Part shown: positions 18,854 to 27,263 of the stretch, piece after piece
How positions within the stretch are numbered: the stretch's first letter is position 1
Layout of the letters: the number at the start of each line of letters is the position of its first letter
NCBI GenBank assembly: GCA_963663475.2
Contig: CAXXJV010000002.1
Coordinates: 224,001 to 288,000 of the forward strand
Origin: Candidatus Cloacimonadales bacterium
Lineage (GTDB): Bacteria > Cloacimonadota > Cloacimonadia > Cloacimonadales > JAFGVF01
Direction: 5' to 3'
Length of the DNA: 64,000 nt
The notes under the pieces: generated by a model
What the model was told of the DNA's origin: nothing
Databases searched by the model: none
What the model saw: the letters and a program-made list of their open reading frames with translations, nothing else
Made by a program: the position numbers and the translations under genes

Positions 18854-20938
18854 TTATCCTACATTAAAAGTCTTTCTCATTTTAAACTCTTCTTGCTTAC
18901 CTTCATTCCACTGCTTGACAGGTCTTAGATAACCCACAACACGAGAATATATCTCTGTCTCTGTCTGACAAATAGGACAGCGACTTTCTTCACCCTTAAT
19001 GTATCCATGTTCTGGACAGACTGAGAAAGTAGGTGAGAAGGTAAAGTAGGGAAGATGATAATTAGAGCATACTTTTCTTACCAGATTTTTAACCGACTGG
19101 ATGTTACTAATTCTCTCTCCACCAAAAATATGAAGGACTGTTCCGCCTGTATATTTTGATTGTAAAGGATCCTGTAAGTCTAATGCTTCAAAAACATCAT
19201 CAGTGAAGTTGACTGGCAACTGAGTAGAGTTTGTATAGAAAGGCTTATCTGAATATGGATCATTATTAGCTACTATTATCTCAGGGAACTTCTTCCTATC
19301 AAGTCTGGCTAACCTATAAGTAGTTCCTTCTGCAGGAGTTGCTTCTAAGTTATAATTATTCCCTGTCTCTTCCTGATACTCAATAAGTTTCTCCCGCATA
19401 TAATCCATTATCTCAATAGCAAACTGTGAGCCTTCTTTACCTGTAATATCTTGCCCAAGGAAGTTTAAACATACCTCATTCATACCTATAAGCCCTATAG
19501 TGGAGAAGTGATTCTTCCAATATTGATTAAATCTTTGCTTAACATCTTGTAGATAGAAACTTGTATAAGGATAGAGATTTGATTCTGTAAAAGTCTCAAG
19601 AACTTTTCGCTTAATCTCCAAACTCTTTTTGGCTAAATCCATTTTCTCACTAAGTCTGTTGTAAAAATCTTCCTTACCCTTAGCTAAGTAAGCTATTCTT
19701 GGTAAATTAATGGTTACTACCCCAATTGAACCTGTTAATGGATTTGCACCAAATAAGCCACCACCTCTAGCTTCTAATTTACGGGTGTCAAGACGTAATC
19801 GACAGCACATGGAACGAGCATCTTCAGGACTCATCTCAGAGTTAACAAAATTTGAGAAGTAAGGTATGCCATACTTGCCTGTGGCTTCCCATAATAAATC
19901 TAAATCAGGATTATCCCAATCAAAGTCTTCTGTGATATTATAGGTAGGAATTGGGAAGGAGAAAACTCTTCCTTTAGCGTCACCTTCTGTCATGATTTCT
20001 AAAAATGCTTTATTAATCATAATCATTTCTTCCGCAAAGTCTCCGTATGTCTCTTCCATGACCTCTCCACCTATAATTACATTTTGATCTTTATAAATCT
20101 TAGGTGGGATTAAATCCATAGTGATATTAGTGAAAGGTGTTTGAAAACCAACCCTGGTAGGAACATTTATATTAAAAATAAACTCCTGCATGGCTTGCTT
20201 AACCTCAGCATAAGTTAAATTATCATACTTGATAAATGGGGCTAAAAGAGTATCAAAACTTGAAAATGCTTGTGCCCCAGCTGCTTCACCTTGCAGAGTA
20301 TAAAAGAAGTTAACAATTTGTCCAAGTAAACTTCTAAAATGCTTAGCTGGTTTACTCTCAATTTTACCCACAGCACCTGTAAAACCAACCTTGATTAAAT
20401 TATACAAATCCCAGCCTACACAATAAACTGACAATAACCCTAAATCATGGATATGAATATCACCTTGACTATGATTGTCTTTAATTTCTGTAGGATAAAT
20501 TTTATTTAACCAATATGTTTTGCTTACCTCTGAAGCAATATAATTGTTTAATCCCTGCAAAGAATAAGCCATATTACTATTTTCATTAACTTGCCAATCA
20601 AGTTTCTTTAAATATTGATCAATTAAATCAACATTTGATTTTGAGACAATTTCTCTAATTTTTGCATGCTGATCACGATAAATTATGTAACTCTTAGCTG
20701 TCTTCTTAAATGTTGATGAAAGTAGAATTTCTTCTACAATATCTTGAATCTTTTCTATAGTTATAATCTTGTCATTATGTAGTTGCAAAATTAAATTAAC
20801 TACCTTCATTGTCAGTTGCTCAGATGTCTCTTCTCCAAACTCTGCCGTAGCTAATCCTGCTCTTAAAATTGCCTTATTTATTTTATCTTTATCAAAAGCT
20901 ACTAATTCCCCTGTCCTCTTTAAAACAGCCTTAATCAT
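18854..20938 (-). CDS. nrdD: Anaerobic (class III) ribonucleoside-triphosphate reductase with ATP cone
   Basis: N-terminal ATP cone (LKRTG..FDKDKI), SMCCRL, EATPAEG, CPEH...CPIC, glycyl-radical loop YSRVVGYLRP. Confidence 0.95.
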   Translation of the reverse strand: MIKAVLKRTGELVAFDKDKINKAILRAGLATAEFGEETSEQLTMKVVNLILQLHNDKIITIEKIQDIVEEILLSSTFKKTAKSYIIYRDQHAKIREIVSKSNVDLIDQYLKKLDWQVNENSNMAYSLQGLNNYIASEVSKTYWLNKIYPTEIKDNHSQGDIHIHDLGLLSVYCVGWDLYNLIKVGFTGAVGKIESKPAKHFRSLLGQIVNFFYTLQGEAAGAQAFSSFDTLLAPFIKYDNLTYAEVKQAMQEFIFNINVPTRVGFQTPFTNITMDLIPPKIYKDQNVIIGGEVMEETYGDFAEEMIMINKAFLEIMTEGDAKGRVFSFPIPTYNITEDFDWDNPDLDLLWEATGKYGIPYFSNFVNSEMSPEDARSMCCRLRLDTRKLEARGGGLFGANPLTGSIGVVTINLPRIAYLAKGKEDFYNRLSEKMDLAKKSLEIKRKVLETFTESNLYPYTSFYLQDVKQRFNQYWKNHFSTIGLIGMNEVCLNFLGQDITGKEGSQFAIEIMDYMREKLIEYQEETGNNYNLEATPAEGTTYRLARLDRKKFPEIIVANNDPYSDKPFYTNSTQLPVNFTDDVFEALDLQDPLQSKYTGGTVLHIFGGERISNIQSVKNLVRKVCSNYHLPYFTFSPTFSVCPEHGYIKGEESRCPICQTETEIYSRVVGYLRPVKQWNEGKQEEFKMRKTFNVG

Positions 20939-21204
20939 TATAGTCTCCCAATTTTATTAATGTCTTATAGTCCAATACCTTAACTATATTAATTTTAATT
21001 TTTAAACTAATCTTTCAATTAATCTATGATATTAAAAAATATGGAATTACTATCTTGTCAAACATTAAATAATTAATATTTTTCTTAACTATTTCAGATA
21101 ACTATTTACTATGAATTTAGAGAAAATTATTAAAGGAAATTACAGATGACTTATTAATAATTTCTTAAGATTAACTCTTTCTTTTTTATTAAAAATTAAC
21201 AATT

Positions 21205-21332
21205 AAACCAAAATAATACAGCAGACCTTTGCGAATAGCAGAATCTTATTTTGCTAAAAGAATCTAGCACTCTTCACCTGTGATACGTAACTTTAGCGAA
21301 GTATTATCAAAGTTCTACTGGACCATTCGGTT
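21205..21332 (+). repeat. Repeat family A copy (partial inner module + second module)
   Basis: aaaccaaaataatacagcagacctttgcgaatagc...cttattttgctaaaagaatctagcactcttcacctgtgatacg...aaagttctactggaccattcggtt. Confidence 0.88.
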
Positions 21333-21437
21333 AAAATATACAAACTTCATTATTCGTAATTATTCAAAAATTTTAAAGAAAGACTAATAAACATAATATT
21401 TCTTGTATTATAAACTTTATCAATTATAATATTATAA

Positions 21438-21537
21438 AACCCAAATAATGAAGTAGATTTTTGAGAATATGTACTCTTCACCTGTGATACCTAGTTTTAA
21501 CAAAGTATTACTCAAGTTCTACTCTACCATTCGGGTT
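21438..21537 (+). repeat. Repeat family A copy directly upstream of the desaturase RBS
   Basis: aacccaaataatgaagtag...actcttcacctgtgatac...aagttctactctaccattcgggtt. Confidence 0.85.
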
Positions 21538-21557
21538 AAAAAAAGAGCGGAGGATTT

Positions 21558-23039
21558 ATGCGTCCCAAAATCACTATCATAGGAGCTGGACCTGGAGGTT
21601 TAACTGCTGGTATTTTACTACAAAATAGAGGCTTTGATGTAACTATCTATGAAAAAGATAGCAGGCCAGGAGGAAGAAATCAAGCACTTGAACTCGGTGA
21701 TTATCGCTTCGATACAGGTCCTACCTTCTTGATGATGAAGTTTTTCTTAGATGAGATTTTTAAAGAAACTGGTAGAGATATTAATGATTATCTAGACTTT
21801 TACGAGCTTGATCCCCTATATTCATTGATTTTTAAAGATAAAACAATGGTCCACTATAAGGATAAAACTAAAATGAAAGCCGAGATTGAGAAACACTTTC
21901 CTGGTCAATCTACTGGTTTTGATAAACTAATGGAATATGAAGAGGAAAGATACCGTAGACTCTACCCCTGCCTGAAAAAAGATTATTCTTATCCGCAAAG
22001 AATGATAGAATCAGATATTCTCTATGCCTTTCCTTATCTTCAGCTACACAAAACTATGCATCAAGCTCTGGGAGCTTACTTTCATTCTGAAGATCTAAAA
22101 TTAGCCTTCACTTTTCAAGCTAAATACCTTGGAATGTCTCCTTGGTCTTGCCCAGCCCTCTTTACTATGGTCCCCTATATAGAACATGAATACGGTATCT
22201 ATCACGTAAAAGGTGGCCTAAATATGATTTCTCAAGCAATGGCAAAGGTCTTTTCAGAAGAAGGAGGCAATATTATTTATAATACCCCAGTAAAAGAGTT
22301 AATCACTAATTTCGGTGAAGTACTCGGAGTTGTTCTAGATAATTGCGAAAAAGTTTATTCTGAAGATGTAGTTATTAATTCTGATTTTGCCTATTCTTTC
22401 TCAAACTTATATAAAAATTCTAAAAAGTGGTCTCCTAAAAAACTTAAAGGGAAAGACTTCTCTTGCTCTACTTTTATGATTTATCTAGGCTTAGATAAAA
22501 TCTATGATTTACCTCACCATAGTATATATTTCGCTGATGATTACAAAAGCAATATTGATGATATAAGTATCTATCGAAGAATAGGGGAAGACTTCTCAAT
22601 ATATGTTCAAAATGCTTCAGTTACTGATCCTAGTCTAGCTCCCCAAGGACATTCTACTCTCTATATTCTTGTCCCCATTACTAATCTTAAGAGTGGTATA
22701 GATTGGGAAAAGTTTGCTCCTGAATTTAGAGACAAGGTCATTGACCTCCTTAAAGAAAAAGCAGGTATGACTGACCTGCAAGAACATATCATGCAAGAAA
22801 AGATTATTAGCCCTCAAAATTGGCAAGATGATTATAATGTCTTCTTAGGTGCTACTTTTAACCTAGGGCATGGTGTTAACCAAATGTTGTACTTCAGACC
22901 ACATAATAGATTTGAAGAATTAGGAAATTGCTTCCTAGTTGGTGGTGGTACTCATCCTGGTTCTGGTTTGCCAACCATTTATGAATCAGGAAGAATCTCT
23001 GCTAAGATGATCTGCAAGAAACATGGAGTTAAATACTAA
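21558..23039 (+). CDS. Phytoene/diapophytoene desaturase family FAD oxidoreductase (CrtI/CrtN-like)
   Basis: IIGAGPGGL, FDTGPTFL, SCSTFMIYLGLD, VGGGTHPGSGLPTIYESGRISA. Confidence 0.88.
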   Translation: MRPKITIIGAGPGGLTAGILLQNRGFDVTIYEKDSRPGGRNQALELGDYRFDTGPTFLMMKFFLDEIFKETGRDINDYLDFYELDPLYSLIFKDKTMVHYKDKTKMKAEIEKHFPGQSTGFDKLMEYEEERYRRLYPCLKKDYSYPQRMIESDILYAFPYLQLHKTMHQALGAYFHSEDLKLAFTFQAKYLGMSPWSCPALFTMVPYIEHEYGIYHVKGGLNMISQAMAKVFSEEGGNIIYNTPVKELITNFGEVLGVVLDNCEKVYSEDVVINSDFAYSFSNLYKNSKKWSPKKLKGKDFSCSTFMIYLGLDKIYDLPHHSIYFADDYKSNIDDISIYRRIGEDFSIYVQNASVTDPSLAPQGHSTLYILVPITNLKSGIDWEKFAPEFRDKVIDLLKEKAGMTDLQEHIMQEKIISPQNWQDDYNVFLGATFNLGHGVNQMLYFRPHNRFEELGNCFLVGGGTHPGSGLPTIYESGRISAKMICKKHGVKY

Positions 23040-23081
23040 AATTATCTTGACTTAATTTCTATTATATGCAATAAAGATTTA

Positions 23082-23172
23082 ATCTCATATAATGCAGTTA
23101 TGCTAGTCATCTTCACTAATAAACTTTAGGTTATTTGTCGCTAGATAACTAGTTCTACTACAATATAAGGGT
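23082..23172 (+). repeat. Repeat family A, degenerate copy upstream of lemA
   Basis: atctcatataatgcagtt...tcttcact...agttctactacaatataagggt. Confidence 0.55.
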
Positions 23173-23193
23173 AAATAAAAAACAGGAGAAATA

Positions 23194-23799
23194 ATGAAAA
23201 AAGGTTTAATTATAACATTAGTCGTCTTAGGTTTAATAGTATTTATCGGATTTTCTTATGTCCGAGGTGTTTATAATGGAATGGTTGAAAAAGAACAGGC
23301 AGTAATTGCTGCATGGTCACAAGTTGAAAATGTTTACCAGCGTAGAATGGATCTAATCCCTAATCTCGTTGAAGTAGTAAAAGGCTATGCCTCTCATGAA
23401 AGAGAAACTTTATCAGCTGTAACAGAAGCTCGCTCAAGAGTTGGTGGTGTTATGCAACTTTCTGCTCAAGATCTAAATGACCCTCAAGCTGTTGCTAGAT
23501 TCCAAGAAGCTCAAGCTAGCTTAGGTGGTACCTTACAACGCTTGATGATGCTTACCGAAAACTATCCAAATTTAAAGGCAAATGAATCTTTCTTACAACT
23601 GCAAAATGAACTTGCTGGAACCGAAAATAGGATTTCTACAGAAAGAAGAAGATTTAATCTCTCTGCTCAAGAATTCAATACTTACATTAAACGCTTCCCT
23701 CAGGTTATCTTAGCTAATAATTTTGGTTTTTCACCTAAAGCATATTTCAAGGCTAATGAAGGTGCAGAGCAAGCTCCCAAAATTGATATGAGTAATTAA
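23194..23799 (+). CDS. lemA: LemA family protein
   Basis: AWSQVENVYQRRMDLIPNLVEVVKGYASHE, ENYPNLKANESF, LAGTENRI. Confidence 0.95.
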   Translation: MKKGLIITLVVLGLIVFIGFSYVRGVYNGMVEKEQAVIAAWSQVENVYQRRMDLIPNLVEVVKGYASHERETLSAVTEARSRVGGVMQLSAQDLNDPQAVARFQEAQASLGGTLQRLMMLTENYPNLKANESFLQLQNELAGTENRISTERRRFNLSAQEFNTYIKRFPQVILANNFGFSPKAYFKANEGAEQAPKIDMSN

Positions 23800-23801
23800 G
23801 C

Positions 23802-24464
23802 ATGGCTACTTTAAGCAAGAAAGATAAAGAAATAATCTCTCAAGCTGTTGCTAAGGCAGAAAAAAATACTTCTGGAGAAATTGCAGTAGTTGTTGCTAAA
23901 CAAAGCTGTGATTATGCAATCTATGAACTTACTTTTGCTGTGCTAGTAGGCCTTGTCTTCATGGTATTATCCTTGATCTACTTTCCTAATATAGATTCTT
24001 TTATTAAGGATATGTTTTGGAGTAATTCTCCTATCTTAACAACTTCAATAATTGGCTTAGGTACTTTTGCTATTATTACTGTCTTTTATTTCTTAGCAAA
24101 CCTTCCTTTTATTGATAGACTTATCATACCAAAATCAGTTAAAGAAGAAAAAGTTAAAGAAAAGGCAGACTTGTGTTTTTTAGAGTATGGAGTTAGTAAT
24201 ACACGTGATAGAACAGGAGTATTAATCTTTATCTCTAAATTAGAGAAAAAAGTCATGATTCTTGCAGATACTGGCATAGCTCAAGTATATTCAAATGATT
24301 CATGGCAAAAACAAGTTGATAGGATTATCAATGGTATCAAAACAAAGAACTTCACTGCAGAATTAAGTGAAGTAATAAGGGAAATTGGACAAGTACTTTC
24401 TCAGAATTTCCCTATAAAATCAGATGATACAAATGAACTATCAGACCACGTAAGGGAGATTTAA
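23802..24464 (+). CDS. TPM-domain membrane protein
   Basis: AEKNTSGEI, TRDRTGVLIF, ILADTGI, DDTNELSD; lemA operon. Confidence 0.88.
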   Translation: MATLSKKDKEIISQAVAKAEKNTSGEIAVVVAKQSCDYAIYELTFAVLVGLVFMVLSLIYFPNIDSFIKDMFWSNSPILTTSIIGLGTFAIITVFYFLANLPFIDRLIIPKSVKEEKVKEKADLCFLEYGVSNTRDRTGVLIFISKLEKKVMILADTGIAQVYSNDSWQKQVDRIINGIKTKNFTAELSEVIREIGQVLSQNFPIKSDDTNELSDHVREI

Positions 24465-24465
24465 T

Positions 24466-25191
24466 ATGTTTAAAAAAAGTATCATGGTTTTCTCCCTTCT
24501 CCTACTGTCTCTATCCTTACTAGCTATTTCTTTTCCTGAATTATCAGGTAGAGTAGTTGATCAAGCAGGTATATTTTCTAATTCTGAGGAAAGACAGCTT
24601 ACTTCCCTATTGCAAGGTTTAGAAAAAGATTCTGATATCCAAGCAGTAGTAGTTTCAGTAAAATCCCTTGAAGGTTATGCAGTTGAAGACTATACTATTA
24701 GACTTGCTGAAGACTGGGGTATAGGGTCAAGATCAAGTGATAATGGTCTTATCTTATTAGTTGCACCTAATGAAAGAGACGTCCGTATTGAAGTTGGTTA
24801 TGGTTTAGAACATAAGTTAACTGACGGGATGAGTGGTTATATCTTAAGAAAAGATATTATCCCTAACTTCAGAAATGGTGGTTACTTTGCTGGTATAAAA
24901 GCTGGCCTAATAACAATAAACAATGTAATGACTGGTAAAACAAATATTAGTCAAGAAGATATATCAAGGTCTAGAAGAGAGGAGAAAAAAGGCTCTTCTA
25001 TTGGCTATATTATTTTCTTAATTATTATCTCTCTGCTTTTTAGAGGAAGACTCTTTCCGCTTCTTCTCTTTGGTTCACTCATGGGAGGCGGAGGAAGAGG
25101 TGGTCGCGGAGGCGGTAGCTTCGGTGGCGGAGGTGGTTTCTCTGGCGGAGGCGGTGGCTTCGGCGGTGGAGGAGCTTCAGGCTCTTGGTAA
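24466..25191 (+). CDS. TPM-domain protein (YgcG-like) with Gly-rich tail
   Basis: GRVVDQAG, WGIG..DNGLILLVA, RIEVGYGLE, C-terminal GGGGGFGGGGASGSW. Confidence 0.9.
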   Translation: MFKKSIMVFSLLLLSLSLLAISFPELSGRVVDQAGIFSNSEERQLTSLLQGLEKDSDIQAVVVSVKSLEGYAVEDYTIRLAEDWGIGSRSSDNGLILLVAPNERDVRIEVGYGLEHKLTDGMSGYILRKDIIPNFRNGGYFAGIKAGLITINNVMTGKTNISQEDISRSRREEKKGSSIGYIIFLIIISLLFRGRLFPLLLFGSLMGGGGRGGRGGGSFGGGGGFSGGGGGFGGGGASGSW

Positions 25192-25206
25192 TAAGATAAT
25201 GAAATT

Positions 25207-25281
25207 TAAGGAGACATAATCCCAGATAGTGTAGTATTACTAAATCTCTACTACTACACTATCTAGGATTATGTCTCCTTA
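25207..25281. repeat. 30-bp-arm hairpin: family A mini copy nested inside a terminator-like stem
   Basis: taaggagacataatcccagatagtgtagta / tactacactatctaggattatgtctcctta, one mismatch. Confidence 0.8.
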
Positions 25282-25355
25282 TTTACTCTGATAATGACTA
25301 AATTAGTAAACTAAGTTCTTATTATACTTATTTATCGAAAAAAGGAAGAAAAAAC

Positions 25356-26123
25356 TTGAAACCTGAAAAAAGAAATCTAATCTTTATATTTGATTTGAAA
25401 AAATACATTCATCTATTAGAAAAAACTGATGAATTTTTAACAGCTTCGGAAAAAGAAAAGGCTAAAGAATTTATATCTCCCCTTAATGAGTATAAATTAT
25501 TATCTCAAATTATTAGGAGACTCATTCTCTCTTTCTTTTTAGATTGTCCTCCTCAAGAGATTACCTATAAATATCAAGAAAAAGGGAAACCAATACTTGA
25601 TAATGATAATTTATTCTTTAATATCTCTCATTCTAAAAACTATATGGCTATGGCACTTAGTATTAATAATGATATTGGTATTGATATTGAAGCTTTGGCT
25701 TATATTCCCAAGCTTAATTCATTCTTAAATACTTATCTAAACCCTGAAGAAAAAGCTAAATTTAAGAAAGAATTTAGCAATAATAAGGAATATTATGCCT
25801 ATACTTATTGGACAATGAAAGAAGCCTATCTTAAAGGAAGAGCTTTAGGCCTAGACTTTGATATGAAGAGAATTAGTCTAGTAAACGCCAGTAATCTTCA
25901 ACAAGATTCTTTAATGTTTGCTTGCAAAGTTGATGGAGTCTTAGATAAAAAATCATACACTACTATTTTAAAAATAAATGATGAAAAAGAACTTATGTGT
26001 GCAGTGAGCTTACGGAGTAATGAGGCTTTTAATATTGGTCAAAATCAGATAATCCAATTTCTAAATCCCCAACTATCAAAAGCATATATTTTTACTAAAC
26101 TTAACAAAAATGTAGAGGAATAA
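25356..26123 (+). CDS. Sfp-type 4'-phosphopantetheinyl transferase
   Basis: GKP..FFNISHS, IGIDIE, WTMKEAYLKG motifs; adjacent to NRPS. Confidence 0.92.
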   Translation: MKPEKRNLIFIFDLKKYIHLLEKTDEFLTASEKEKAKEFISPLNEYKLLSQIIRRLILSFFLDCPPQEITYKYQEKGKPILDNDNLFFNISHSKNYMAMALSINNDIGIDIEALAYIPKLNSFLNTYLNPEEKAKFKKEFSNNKEYYAYTYWTMKEAYLKGRALGLDFDMKRISLVNASNLQQDSLMFACKVDGVLDKKSYTTILKINDEKELMCAVSLRSNEAFNIGQNQIIQFLNPQLSKAYIFTKLNKNVEE

Positions 26124-27263
26124 ATGAAAGAATATAATTTCAGTGATAGAATTGAAGATACGGAAGTCAAGAGAGTTTATAAAGTTGTTAAAAATCATAA
26201 AGAACTAACAAAAGTAATTGATGAAATGCCAATTTGGATTTTAATTCTCAATAAAACTAGGCAAGCAGTATATTATAACAAAAAGTTATCAGATGATTTG
26301 CAAGTTAAAGATAAATGGGATGTTCTTGGTTTAAGACCTGGGGAGCTCTTCTCTTGTCAACATGCATGGGCTGATCAGGCTGGATGTGGTAATTCTGAAT
26401 TCTGTAAATATTGTGGAGCAGTAAAATCTATTCGTAATTCTCATTTTGGTAAAAAAGATGTTCAAGAATGTAGATTGTTAATAAATAATAATAAGCAAAT
26501 CAATGCAATGGATTTAGAAGTTTCTTCATCTCCCTTAGTCTTGGATTCTGAAGAACTCACCCTATTCTCAATCTTAGATATATCTGCTTTAAACAAGTCC
26601 CTATACATTGAAAAGACCTTCTTACACGATATTAGAAATACTGCTGCTGCTATAGTCTCCAATGCAGATTTAATAAGCCTTGAAGAAGATCCTGAAATTA
26701 AAGATGAACTGCTAAAATTATTAACTCCAACAGCTCATCAACTAATAGAAGAAATAGCAGCTCAACAGGAAATTAGAAGTGCTGATCTAGGTGAATGGAA
26801 ACCTGCTAATAAAACCGTTGAAAGTAGAGAGGTAGTTGATAAAGTAATTGATACATGTAAGCATTATATTATAGACTCTGATATTAAAATTGTTAAATCA
26901 ATCGAATCTTTTTCACTTAAAACTGAAGAAATATTACTGAAGAGAGTATTAATAAATATGCTCAAGAATGCTATAGAAGCATCAAAAGATGGGGATATTA
27001 TTACTATCCAAGGGAAGAATTTAAATGATGTCTCAGTAATTTTTTCTGTCCATAATCCTAAGTATATTCCTGATGATATAAGACTTCAACTCTTTCATCG
27101 CACCTTTTCCACCAAAGGAAATAATCGCGGTTTGGGAACATATAGCATAAAAATGATAACAGAAAACTATCTTAATGGAGAAGTTAGCATTCATTCAGAT
27201 AAGATACACGGAAGCGTATTTTCAATAACTATTCCCAAAGATAATCAATCTGAAAATGATTAG
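26124..27263 (+). CDS. Cytoplasmic histidine kinase with Cys-rich PAS-like sensor
   Basis: GLRPGELFSC-X9-C-X5-C-X2-C; FLHDIRN H-box; NMLKNAIEA; FSTKG..RGLGTY. Confidence 0.85.
   Translation: MKEYNFSDRIEDTEVKRVYKVVKNHKELTKVIDEMPIWILILNKTRQAVYYNKKLSDDLQVKDKWDVLGLRPGELFSCQHAWADQAGCGNSEFCKYCGAVKSIRNSHFGKKDVQECRLLINNNKQINAMDLEVSSSPLVLDSEELTLFSILDISALNKSLYIEKTFLHDIRNTAAAIVSNADLISLEEDPEIKDELLKLLTPTAHQLIEEIAAQQEIRSADLGEWKPANKTVESREVVDKVIDTCKHYIIDSDIKIVKSIESFSLKTEEILLKRVLINMLKNAIEASKDGDIITIQGKNLNDVSVIFSVHNPKYIPDDIRLQLFHRTFSTKGNNRGLGTYSIKMITENYLNGEVSIHSDKIHGSVFSITIPKDNQSEND

Noticed and set aside
20939-21200. Possible NrdR boxes or cobalamin riboswitch upstream of nrdD
   Set aside because: Very AT-rich, no convincing tandem NrdR consensus or riboswitch core seen by eye
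25081-25191. GC-rich (ggcggaggc)n stretch in an AT-rich genome
   Set aside because: It encodes the normal Gly-rich tail of the TPM/YgcG protein; not foreign DNA or an RNA gene
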